NCBI GenBank assembly: GCA_963718525.1
Contig: OY970355.1
Location: 1,408,001-1,472,000 of the forward strand
Direction of reading: 5' to 3'
Length of the DNA: 64,000 bases
Origin: Candidatus Dormiibacterota bacterium
GTDB lineage: Bacteria > Chloroflexota > Dormibacteria > Aeolococcales > Aeolococcaceae
Shown: positions 1 through 8,412 of the stretch, piece by piece
Layout: each line of letters begins with the position of its first letter
Numbering within the stretch: position 1 is the stretch's first letter
Position numbers and translations under genes: made by a program
The notes under the pieces: model-generated
The model's input: the letters and a program-made list of their open reading frames with translations, nothing else
Database searches by the model: none
Told to the model about the DNA's origin: nothing

Positions 1-706
1 GATCCTCTTCGGGATGACGTACAACTCCCGCGATGTCGCCGGCCGCCTGGCTGCGAAGCTCGGTGTCCCGGTGATCGCCAACGGCATCGACGTGAGCGAT
101 TCGGACGGGATCTCGGTGCAGTCGTCCGTCTTCGGCGCCACCCAGAATGTGGCGACCCGTTTCGAGGGAGGTCCCCCGGCGATCGCGATCCTCCGGCCAA
201 AGTCGTTCGCGGCCGAGCCGACTGGAGGAGCTGCCGCTGCGGTAACGCCCGTGACCTCGCCCATCGCCGACAAGCACAAGACGGTCCGCGTGACTGACCG
301 TGTCGCCGATGTGGCCGCTGGTCCAAAGCTCGAGGAGGCGCCGATCGTGATCAGCGGTGGGCGCGGTCTCGGCGATCCAAAGAATTTCGAGCTCCTCGAC
401 CAGCTTGCGGCGGTGCTCGGAAATGCAGCGGTCGGCGCGAGCAGAGCAGTTGTCGACGCCGGATGGGTCCCCTATGCCATGCAGGTCGGGCAGACCGGCA
501 AGACAGTCAAGCCCGCCGTGTACCTCGCGTTCGGCATCAGCGGCGCGATGCAGCACACCGTCGGAATGAAGGGCGCGAAAGCAATTGTTGCGGTCAATCG
601 AGACGAGAACGCGCCGATCTTCAAGCTGGCCGACCTCGGAGTGGTGGGCGATGCCCTGAAGGTGCTCCCCGCACTCGTCGAAGAGTTGCAAAGGCGCCGG
701 TCGTGA
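1..706 (+). CDS. etfA: Electron transfer flavoprotein alpha subunit (5'-truncated by window edge)
   Basis: C-terminal FAD-binding motifs SGGRG, VGASRAVVDAGW, QVGQTGKTVKP, GISGAMQH. Confidence 0.95.
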   Translation, partial: ILFGMTYNSRDVAGRLAAKLGVPVIANGIDVSDSDGISVQSSVFGATQNVATRFEGGPPAIAILRPKSFAAEPTGGAAAAVTPVTSPIADKHKTVRVTDRVADVAAGPKLEEAPIVISGGRGLGDPKNFELLDQLAAVLGNAAVGASRAVVDAGWVPYAMQVGQTGKTVKPAVYLAFGISGAMQHTVGMKGAKAIVAVNRDENAPIFKLADLGVVGDALKVLPALVEELQRRRS

Positions 707-2433
707 GCACTGCGCTGGAGCGTTTGCAATTGGCCGACAGTCCGCTGGCGCCGAAATTCGCGGGTATACTCGGGTCTGCGATGGACGACAAGGTGATTGT
801 CGACCTTCTGGGCCAGGTCGGAAATCTTTTCACGTCGAGTCTGGAGCTGAAGGAGACGATCGACTTCATGCTCAAGGCCGCCGCCGATCTCGTCGACTGC
901 GACGCCGCCACAGTCTTCCTGCTTGAGGAGGACGGCCGCGCCCTGTCCGCGATCGCGACGTACCCATTCACCGACAACCTCGGTCAGGTTGCCCGGTTCG
1001 AGCTCGGTGAGGGCATCGTCGGATGGGCTGCGCAACGCCGCAAACTCGTCTCCGTCGCCGATGCCACCAAGGACCGGCGCTTCAAAACGCTCGGCCTCGC
1101 ATACGCCCCTCGCTCGTGCCTGGTGATGCCACTCGAGTCCCCACAGCGCCTCGTCGGGGCCCTGACACTGGCTCGGCGCGAGGTGCAGCCCTTCACCAGC
1201 ATCGAACAGGCATTGATGCGGATCATCGCGAGCCAGGCGGCAATCAGCATCGACAACGCGAGGCTGTACACGGCGCAGCGGGCACAGCTCGGCGAGATCG
1301 CCACCCAGAAGCGTGAGGTCGAGGTCGCCAATGCGCAGATCGCGGAGATCTCACGGCTGAAGAGCGAGTTCCTGGCCAACATGAGCCATGAGTTGCGCAC
1401 GCCGCTCAACGCCATCCTGGGGTTCAGCGAAATCCTCAAGGACAACCTGGTGGACCTGACGCCGCAGCAGCGTCAGGAGTGCCTCCAGAACATTCACGCA
1501 TCGGGAAAGCACCTGCTCGAGCTGGTCAACGACGTGCTCGATCTGAGCAAGATCGAGGCGGGTCGTATGGAGCTCGCCTACGATCGCTTCGGCGTGCAGG
1601 ATGCGGTCAAAGAGGTCCATAACGTCATTCGCTCCCTGAGCGAGCGGCGCGACATCGACCTCAGCATCGACGTGGTGCCGGCTCATCTCGAGATCCGCGC
1701 CGATAAGAGCAAGTTCAAGCAGGTGCTGTACAACCTGCTGAGCAACGCGATCAAGTTCACGCCGCAGGGCGGCAAGGTCTGGGTATCGGCACGAGCCGAC
1801 AGCGAGAACCTGATCGTCGATGTCGGCGACACCGGCGTCGGCATCCCGGCCGAGCACCACAAGCGGATCTTCGACGAGTTCTATCAGCTCGATCATGCGA
1901 CCACCCGGCAGGTCGAGGGCACCGGCCTCGGACTGTCATTGACCCGCCGGCTCGTGGAGCTCCATGGTGGCGACATCTCGCTCGAGAGTGATCCTGGCCG
2001 GGGCTCCGTCTTCACGTTCCGGCTACCTCTGGCAGGAATTGAGGTGCTCAACGGACACCAGCACAATCGGATCCTGCTCGTCGAGGACAACGCGAGCAAC
2101 CGGGACCTGGCCAAGATGGTGCTGCTCGGCAGTGGGTTCGAGGTCGACATCGCAGTCGATGGTGAGGAGGGGCTCCACAAGGTGCGGTCCAAGGTCTACG
2201 ATCTCGTGCTCATGGACGTGGAGTTGCCTGGCATGGACGGGTTGACTCTCACCCGCATGCTCAAGGCGGATCCCAAGACGTCAGGCGTCCCCGTCGTCGC
2301 ATTGACCGCGAATGCGATGAAGGGCAATGAACAGGAAGCTCTCGCAGCCGGTTGCTCCGGCTACATCACCAAACCAATTGAGGTGGCCAACTTCGTGAAG
2401 CGCATCTCCACATTCATCGAGGTGCCTGTCTGA
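703..2433 (+). CDS. Hybrid sensor histidine kinase (GAF-HisKA-HATPase-REC)
   Basis: GAF (GEGIVGWAA), H-box MSHELRTPLN, N/G boxes NAIKFT, DTGVGI, GTGLGL, C-terminal receiver (LVEDN, LMDVELPGMDG, KP). GTG at 703 overlaps the etfA stop (GTGA). Confidence 0.93.
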   Translation: MSTALERLQLADSPLAPKFAGILGSAMDDKVIVDLLGQVGNLFTSSLELKETIDFMLKAAADLVDCDAATVFLLEEDGRALSAIATYPFTDNLGQVARFELGEGIVGWAAQRRKLVSVADATKDRRFKTLGLAYAPRSCLVMPLESPQRLVGALTLARREVQPFTSIEQALMRIIASQAAISIDNARLYTAQRAQLGEIATQKREVEVANAQIAEISRLKSEFLANMSHELRTPLNAILGFSEILKDNLVDLTPQQRQECLQNIHASGKHLLELVNDVLDLSKIEAGRMELAYDRFGVQDAVKEVHNVIRSLSERRDIDLSIDVVPAHLEIRADKSKFKQVLYNLLSNAIKFTPQGGKVWVSARADSENLIVDVGDTGVGIPAEHHKRIFDEFYQLDHATTRQVEGTGLGLSLTRRLVELHGGDISLESDPGRGSVFTFRLPLAGIEVLNGHQHNRILLVEDNASNRDLAKMVLLGSGFEVDIAVDGEEGLHKVRSKVYDLVLMDVELPGMDGLTLTRMLKADPKTSGVPVVALTANAMKGNEQEALAAGCSGYITKPIEVANFVKRISTFIEVPV

Positions 2434-3131
2434 TGAGCGGGGCAGGGAAGACCATCCTTATCGTCGAGGACGACCCACCGAGTTGCGAGGTCGTGCGCCT
2501 TGCGACCAGCGCGCAGAACCACACGCTCATCGAAGCAGCAACCGGCGTTGAGGGACTCAACCTCGCGCGCGAGCAGAACCCGGACCTGATCATCCTCGAT
2601 GTCAACCTCCCCGGTATGAGCGGACTCGACGTGTGCCGGCGCCTTCGCGCCGAGGGTGCGCGCGTGCCGATCATCATGCTCACCGCGAAGAGCGACACGA
2701 TTGATGTGGTCGTCGGGCTCGAGCTCGGTGCGGACGATTACGTGACCAAGCCATTCGAAGTTCGCGAGCTCATGGCGCGCATCGGAGCGCATCTGCGCCG
2801 CAGCGAGATCTCCGCACAGGAGCAGCCGCGCGACCGCTTCGAATTCCCGGGCCTGACCATCGATCTCGGACGCCGCCAGGTCTTCCGCGATGGTGAGGAA
2901 GTGATGCTCACGCTGACCGAGTTCAACCTCCTCGCGCTGCTCGCGTCGCGTCCTGGTCAGGTCATGAGCCGTGGTGAGCTGCTGCGACGCGTCTGGGGCT
3001 ACGAGGTCGAGATCGAGACCCGCACCGTCGACGCGCACGTCTACCGTCTGCGTCGCAAAATCGAGCCCGACGCGGAGAAGCCGACGTACATCCACTCGGT
3101 GCCTGGGATCGGGTACCGGTTCTCCGGGTGA
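2433..3131 (+). CDS. OmpR/PhoB-family response regulator
   Basis: REC (IVEDD, ILDVNLPG, GADDYVTKPF) plus wHTH (LTLTEFNLL, RTVDAHVYRLRRKIE, GIGYRF). TGATG overlap with the kinase. Confidence 0.95.
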   Translation: MSGAGKTILIVEDDPPSCEVVRLATSAQNHTLIEAATGVEGLNLAREQNPDLIILDVNLPGMSGLDVCRRLRAEGARVPIIMLTAKSDTIDVVVGLELGADDYVTKPFEVRELMARIGAHLRRSEISAQEQPRDRFEFPGLTIDLGRRQVFRDGEEVMLTLTEFNLLALLASRPGQVMSRGELLRRVWGYEVEIETRTVDAHVYRLRRKIEPDAEKPTYIHSVPGIGYRFSG

Positions 3132-3158
3132 GGCTTCGCTGAGGACACCTCAGCGCGG

Positions 3159-3279
3159 AAGGAGGGGAGATCGTCCGGGCCGCTGCTCAGCTTGCCCGCT
3201 CGCTCGTTCGCGCAAGTAAATTTTCGCGCTCTCTCGCTCGCTCACAAATTCGCTGCGGCCCGGACGATCTCCCCTCCTT
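3159..3279 (-). repeat. Palindromic element copy 1 (perfect 25-bp terminal inverted repeat around a conserved core)
   Basis: 3159-3183 is the exact reverse complement of 3255-3279. The reverse complement of 3184-3255 matches 3983-4054 at 61/72 positions without gaps. Confidence 0.9.
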
Positions 3280-3324
3280 AGAGTGCGTTGTGCCGTCGCT
3301 CCGCGGCGTCGCTAGGATCTGGGT

Positions 3325-3840
3325 GTGCGGCAGGTCGAGAGCAAGTTTCGGTGGAGTGACCACGAGGTTGTGCTTGCGCGCGCCCTCGAAGCCGGAGCCA
3401 GCGACGAGGGTCTCCTCCTGCAGCATGACCAGTTCTACGGTGTGTCGACGGGTCGGCTGAAGCTTCGGACCATTGCGGGCGCAGGCGGGGAGTTGATTGC
3501 GTATGACCGCGAGGACATTGCTGCGGCCCGGGCGTCTGACTACGGACTGTTCTCAACCGGTGATGCTGAGCTGCTTGATGAGGTGCTCGGACGGGCACTC
3601 GTGAGAACGGGGTCGCTAGAGAAGACGCGTCACCTGCTCATCCTTCGCAACACGCGCATCCACCTCGACGACGTCGTCGGCTTCGGCCGTTTCGTCGAGC
3701 TGGAGACGGCGATTCATGATCAGTCAGAGACCGACGCAGCTACCGAACATGACGACGTGATCGCCTTGCTCGGCCTCCGTGACGCGGAGCCAATCGCGGT
3801 CGGGTACATAGACCTGGACAAGGTCAACCGGGCCTCCTAA
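3325..3840 (+). CDS. CYTH domain protein (class IV adenylate cyclase/triphosphate tunnel family)
   Basis: N-terminal (Q)VESK, QHDQFY, RLKLR, KTR, RIHLDDV, FVELE, C-terminal GYIDL. Confidence 0.85.
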   Translation: MRQVESKFRWSDHEVVLARALEAGASDEGLLLQHDQFYGVSTGRLKLRTIAGAGGELIAYDREDIAAARASDYGLFSTGDAELLDEVLGRALVRTGSLEKTRHLLILRNTRIHLDDVVGFGRFVELETAIHDQSETDAATEHDDVIALLGLRDAEPIAVGYIDLDKVNRAS

Positions 3841-3959
3841 GCCGCGCACCGACCGGGCAAGTCACTCCGCGGCCTCTAGCGTTGGACCTACTGCTCCGCA
3901 GCGTTGCTCGGCGGCGCTGCGCAGGATTCAGCACAGGGCAAATGGCGCAACAGGTGTAA

Positions 3960-4078
3960 GGCGGGAGGGGGCGGGCGGCGCCCAGCGAATTTGGCAGCTC
4001 CCGAGTGAGCGCGACAATGTGCTTGCGCGAACGAGGGAGCGGCCAAGCTGAGCACGGCGCCGCCCGCCCCCTCCCGCC
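3960..4078 (+). repeat. Palindromic element copy 2 (perfect 23-bp terminal inverted repeat around the same core)
   Basis: 3960-3982 is the exact reverse complement of 4056-4078. Core 3983-4054 is homologous to copy 1 in the opposite orientation. Confidence 0.9.
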
Positions 4079-4103
4079 AAACCACAAGCCGCCCGCTAAG
4101 CCC

Positions 4104-4985
4104 TCAGTAGATGAACCCAACAATGGCCGAGTCAGATGTCGAAATGGTGCGGTAGTCCACGCGCCCCCATCCTCCGCCGTCGGCGCGGTAGTTCATCTCG
4201 GAGATCTCGAAGGTGCCATCGAGATTCACGTGTTCCACGTAGGCGACGTGGCCGACCCAGCCGATGTTGAAGACGACGATGGCTCCCTCGACGGGGACGT
4301 GGCCCTCGGGGCGCTTGCCGCGCGCAGCCCGCCACCAGGCGATGGCATTACCGCTCCAGTTAACGGCGCGACGGGTGGCCACGTAGTACGTGCACTGACC
4401 GAAGGGAAAACCGTCGTGGAGGGGAATCTGCGGAGGAACCGACGGGACGCCGTTCTGCGCGTCCACGAAGTAGGAGGAGATCAGCGACCCCGATGGCGCT
4501 CGGGACAGCGGCACCTGGAGGTAGGAACCGCCCAGCATCGGTGAGTTGCTGCTCAATGCGTTGTAGTCGAGGATCACCGCTGGGTCGAGATGGAGACGGG
4601 CGGCGAACTCGGTGGGGGTCTCGCTGGGACGCACCTCGACCAGCGCACCAGGCCCCGGCGGGATCAGCAATGTGGACCCTGCCCTCGGCGCGACGTAGGG
4701 GGTGAGCTGGTTTCCCCACTGGATCGTCGAGGTGGGGACGTCATAGGCGGCCGAGAGGGTGGCGAGCGTCTGTCCTGACTGGACCACAACAGTCTTCACC
4801 GGCTCGACGGCCAGCGCGGTCACCGCTGTGGCGTTCTCGACCACCGCGTTGATCTGGATGGCGGCGAGGTTGCGAAGCATCGGGGCAGCCGGAACCTGAG
4901 CCGGCCGGGCCACGAGCACGACGAGCACCGCCGCTGTGGCGATGACCCAGAGGTGCCGTATTAACCGATGAACGTGGGTCGCGAT
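4104..4985 (-). CDS. Secreted LysM-CHAP peptidoglycan hydrolase
   Basis: LysM (VQSGQTLATLSAAYDV...NQL). CHAP motifs FPFGQCTYYV, GNAIAW, GHVAYVE, ISEMNY. Start uncertain: GTG 4928, or ATC 4985 after the SD-like GAGGGGAG. Confidence 0.85.
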   Translation of the reverse strand: MATHVHRLIRHLWVIATAAVLVVLVARPAQVPAAPMLRNLAAIQINAVVENATAVTALAVEPVKTVVVQSGQTLATLSAAYDVPTSTIQWGNQLTPYVAPRAGSTLLIPPGPGALVEVRPSETPTEFAARLHLDPAVILDYNALSSNSPMLGGSYLQVPLSRAPSGSLISSYFVDAQNGVPSVPPQIPLHDGFPFGQCTYYVATRRAVNWSGNAIAWWRAARGKRPEGHVPVEGAIVVFNIGWVGHVAYVEHVNLDGTFEISEMNYRADGGGWGRVDYRTISTSDSAIVGFIY

Positions 4986-5092
4986 CGCAACTCCCCTCGG
5001 TCGTTCAGTGATACAGGCGATGCCGGGGGTGAATGAGCCCCGCTTCCCCGGTGACCGCGGGACCGTACCAAAACCAGCTTGTCGGCGTCAAA

Positions 5093-6142
5093 GTGAGCGC
5101 GGTGAACGACCCGGCTCCTCCTGTGCTCGCGACGGCCTGGCGAGGAACCGTCGTCGAGGCTCGAATCCGGGGCCACGTAGCTGTGGTCGATGGCGCAGGT
5201 CGGGTGCTGAGCTCCCTCGGAGCGCCCGACGCCGAGACGACCCTGCGCAGCTGCGTCAAGCCGCTCCAGGCACTTCCATTCCTCCGTCTCGCGGCTGACC
5301 GACTGGAGGTGGGCGACGCTGAGATCGCGATTGCTTGTGCGTCGCACCAGGGCGAGGATGAGCACGTCGCGGCGGTCCGCGGCTTGCTCGTCAAAGCGCG
5401 CGTCCCCGAGGAAGCGCTGCGCTGCGGACCACAACTTCCTTCCGACGAGAGCTCGGCTCGCCGCCTGCTTGCCTCCGGTCAGACGCCCAGACGCATCCAC
5501 AACAACTGCTCGGGGAAGCACGCCGCGATGCTGGCGACGTGCTCGGTCATGGGATGGCCACTGGACGGCTACATGGATCCCTCCCACCCATGCCAGCAGG
5601 CGGTCAGCGCGGCGCTGGAGGAGATGCTCGGCGTTGCGCTGAATACGATCCCGCGTGGTATCGACGGGTGCGGCCTGACCACCTATGGACCAGCCCTCGC
5701 GTCCATAGCCCGGGGGTTTGCGGTCGCGAGATCCGACGCCGCCTTCAGACGAGCGCAGGATGCGATGGCGGCGCACCCGTTCCTGGTTGCGGGGACAGGG
5801 CGATTCGACACCGCGCTGCTCGAGGTGGCAGGCGCTCGGCTCACCGCCAAGATCGGTGGCGCGGGCGTATGGGCGGCGGTGGTGCGGCCCAACGGACCCG
5901 GCATCGCGATCAAGCTCGAAGCGGGCGCCGGCGAGGCGATACCGGTGGTCGCGACCGCGGTCCTCCAACGCCTGGAGGTGCTACCGCGCGACCTCCCAGA
6001 CAGGCTCCTTCCGTTCGGGAAAGTCAGGCTGCGTAATTGGGCTGGCCGCGACGTGGGGGAGATCCGGCCCGAGCTGCCTGCCATGCCATCAACTGGTTTT
6101 CACCGAGACTCGATGCCGGTGTATCGTTCGCTGCAGGAATAG
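5093..6142 (+). CDS. L-asparaginase II (Rhizobium etli-type) family protein
   Basis: Motifs RSCVKPLQ, CASHQGE, HNNCSGKH, DGCG, AKIG. Start uncertain (5033-5102). Confidence 0.88.
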   Translation: MSAVNDPAPPVLATAWRGTVVEARIRGHVAVVDGAGRVLSSLGAPDAETTLRSCVKPLQALPFLRLAADRLEVGDAEIAIACASHQGEDEHVAAVRGLLVKARVPEEALRCGPQLPSDESSARRLLASGQTPRRIHNNCSGKHAAMLATCSVMGWPLDGYMDPSHPCQQAVSAALEEMLGVALNTIPRGIDGCGLTTYGPALASIARGFAVARSDAAFRRAQDAMAAHPFLVAGTGRFDTALLEVAGARLTAKIGGAGVWAAVVRPNGPGIAIKLEAGAGEAIPVVATAVLQRLEVLPRDLPDRLLPFGKVRLRNWAGRDVGEIRPELPAMPSTGFHRDSMPVYRSLQE

Positions 6143-6158
6143 TTGATATGGATGTCAA
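6143..6158. promoter_or_regulatory. Palindromic putative operator TTGATA-N4-TGTCAA upstream of the MaoC/acyl-CoA dehydrogenase operon
   Basis: AT-rich near-perfect palindrome in a short intergenic gap of a GC-rich sequence. Confidence 0.4.
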
Positions 6159-6214
6159 TTTCCGGACGACCGGTACGTATGAGGCATTCGCCTCGCCGAG
6201 GAGCGTAGAGATCG

Positions 6215-6628
6215 GTGCCTGATCAGAGCCACGTCGGCCGGCGCTACTCCGCGCCCGGCCAGCGCATCGCCCCGGAAGCCGCGCGTGCGGTGGCCTCTGC
6301 GATCGCCGGCAGAGACCCGGTTCGCGAGGTCGAGGCCGTGCCCCCGACGTTCGCAGCCGTCTACTGTCTCGGGCCGGCGCTCGCGCAGCTGTTCAGCGAT
6401 GAGGAGGTCGGCATCGACCTTGCCGGGCTCATCCATGGCGAGCAGTCATTCGAATGGCCGGCGCAGGTGCATCCGGGCGATGTGGTTGACGCCACTGCCG
6501 AGATCACCGGTATCGATACCAAGCGGGGAATGACCTTCGTGCGCCTGGCGATGGAGGCAACCCGTCCCGCCGACGACACGGTGGTCTGCCGGGCGACCTC
6601 ACTCATGATCGTTCGAGCACCTGCGTGA
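6215..6628 (+). CDS. MaoC-like (FAS1/HadA-type) dehydratase subunit
   Basis: VPPTF and LIHGEQSFEW...PGD hot-dog motifs. Confidence 0.88.
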   Translation: MPDQSHVGRRYSAPGQRIAPEAARAVASAIAGRDPVREVEAVPPTFAAVYCLGPALAQLFSDEEVGIDLAGLIHGEQSFEWPAQVHPGDVVDATAEITGIDTKRGMTFVRLAMEATRPADDTVVCRATSLMIVRAPA

Positions 6629-7041
6629 CGGCGCCGGCGGCGTTCCAGGTCGCGGTCGGCGACGCGGTGACACCCTTCTCCAGGACGGTCACCCAGGAAC
6701 AGATCAACGCCTACGCGGACGCGTCAGGGGACCACAACCCGATCCACCTCGATGCCGATTTCGCTCGATCCGTCGGTCTGCCAGGGACGATCGCTCACGG
6801 TCTGCTCGAGATGGGCATCCTCGCCGACGCCATCGCGTCGTGGGCGGGCGGCAATGAGCACCTGCTCAGCCTTTCGTGCCGGTTCAGCAAGCCGTTGCTG
6901 CCCGGAGACACGATCATCTGCACCGGAACCGTCACCAGCGTCGACGATGCGGGTACCGCCACCCTTGAGGTGGGGGCCTCCTCGGATCGCGGCGACCGCG
7001 TATTGACCAACGGCCGGGCAACAGTCCGGTTCTCACGCTAA
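6625..7041 (+). CDS. MaoC family dehydratase (catalytic, HadB-type)
   Basis: Hydratase-2 motif YADASGDHNPIH, plus IAHG and RFSKP. Confidence 0.93.
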   Translation: MTAPAAFQVAVGDAVTPFSRTVTQEQINAYADASGDHNPIHLDADFARSVGLPGTIAHGLLEMGILADAIASWAGGNEHLLSLSCRFSKPLLPGDTIICTGTVTSVDDAGTATLEVGASSDRGDRVLTNGRATVRFSR

Positions 7042-7053
7042 GGGGGTACGAAC

Positions 7054-8295
7054 ATGGGACTCGACTTCTCGCTCACCCGCGAACAGGAGGAGATCCGCGC
7101 GCTCGCGCATGAGTTCGCCGAGAAGGAGATGCGCCCGGTCGCCGATCACTACGACGAGCTCGAGGAGACCCCGTGGGACGTGATGCGCAAGGCGCATGCG
7201 CTTGGGCTCGACGCGACGGCGAGCTTCCCGGAGCAGTACGGCGGCGGGGGCATCGACCTCGTCACCAACCTCATCCGCGAGGAAGAGCTGGCCTGGGGCG
7301 ACGCCGGGATCGCGACGTCGATCGGCGCCAGCGGCCTCGCCGGTACGGCAATCCTCGCAATGGGCACCGAGCAGCAGAGGCAGAAGTACATCAGCATCCT
7401 CACCGGACCCGAGCTGAAGATCGGCGCCATGGGCCTCACCGAGCCGAACAGCGGCTCGGACTCGCTCGCGCTCGAGACAACCGCAACCAAGGTGGACGGT
7501 GGCTACGTCCTCAACGGGACCAAGCAGTTCTGCACCAACGGCGGCATCGCCGACGTGCAGGTTGCCTTCGCCACCACGGACAAGTCACTCGGGGCAGGCG
7601 GCGTGGCCGGCTTTGTCATCGAGAAGGGCACCCCGGGCATGCGTCAGGGACGCAAGGAACGCAAGCTCGGCGTCCGTGCCTCGCACACCGCGCAGGTCAT
7701 CTTCGAGGACTGTTTCATCCCCGACGACCAGCACCTCGGCTACGACGAAAACGGCGAGGAGACCGGTCCGGGACGGGTCGGGGCCATGAAGATGCTCGAG
7801 GCGACGCGGCCCATGGTCGCGGCCGGCGCGCTCGGCATCGCCCGGGCCGCATTCGAGTTTGCCCGCGATTACTCGTTGCAGCGAGTGGCATTCGGCAAAG
7901 CGATTGCCAAGCACGAGGCGATCGCTTTCAAGCTCGCCGACATGGCCACCGAGATCGATGCCGCGCGGCTGCTGACGTGGCGCGCGGGATGGATGGTCAT
8001 GAACGGCATCCCGCTCTCCCGTGGCGAGGGCTCGATGGCGAAGTTGTTCGCCGGGGACATGGCGATGCGCGTCACGGTCGACGCCGTCCAGATCCTGGGT
8101 GGCTACGGCTACATCAAGGATTACCCCGTTGAGCGGTTCATGCGCGACGCGAAGATCTACCAGATCTGGGAAGGGACTGCGGAGATCCAACGTCTGGTGA
8201 TCAGTCGGTACGTACTGGGCGAGCGCACCGCCACGCCGGTGCGTCCCCGTGTGGTGACCGACACTCCCTCGGCTTCGGTCGCGGCCGCGAGCTGA
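7054..8295 (+). CDS. Acyl-CoA dehydrogenase
   Basis: LTEPNSGSD, NGTKQFCTNG, KLGVRAS, RVAFGK, QILGGYGY, RDAKIYQIWEGT. Confidence 0.96.
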   Translation: MGLDFSLTREQEEIRALAHEFAEKEMRPVADHYDELEETPWDVMRKAHALGLDATASFPEQYGGGGIDLVTNLIREEELAWGDAGIATSIGASGLAGTAILAMGTEQQRQKYISILTGPELKIGAMGLTEPNSGSDSLALETTATKVDGGYVLNGTKQFCTNGGIADVQVAFATTDKSLGAGGVAGFVIEKGTPGMRQGRKERKLGVRASHTAQVIFEDCFIPDDQHLGYDENGEETGPGRVGAMKMLEATRPMVAAGALGIARAAFEFARDYSLQRVAFGKAIAKHEAIAFKLADMATEIDAARLLTWRAGWMVMNGIPLSRGEGSMAKLFAGDMAMRVTVDAVQILGGYGYIKDYPVERFMRDAKIYQIWEGTAEIQRLVISRYVLGERTATPVRPRVVTDTPSASVAAAS

Positions 8296-8412
8296 CGCCT
8301 TCCTCGGTACGGCGGGCCTCGTGTATCCCGGTCACGGGACGTCAAGCCCGTCCCTCGGATCGAGCGCTAAGCTCTCCGATCGCCGTATCACCAGCCTCTC
8401 GAGGAGCGTCGC

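Noticed and set aside
3159-4078. Hairpin elements as integron attC sites, CRISPR repeats or simple terminators
   Set aside because: No RYYYAAC...GTTRRRY ends, no repeat-spacer array or cas genes, no U-tracts. Terminators would not conserve a 72-nt core.
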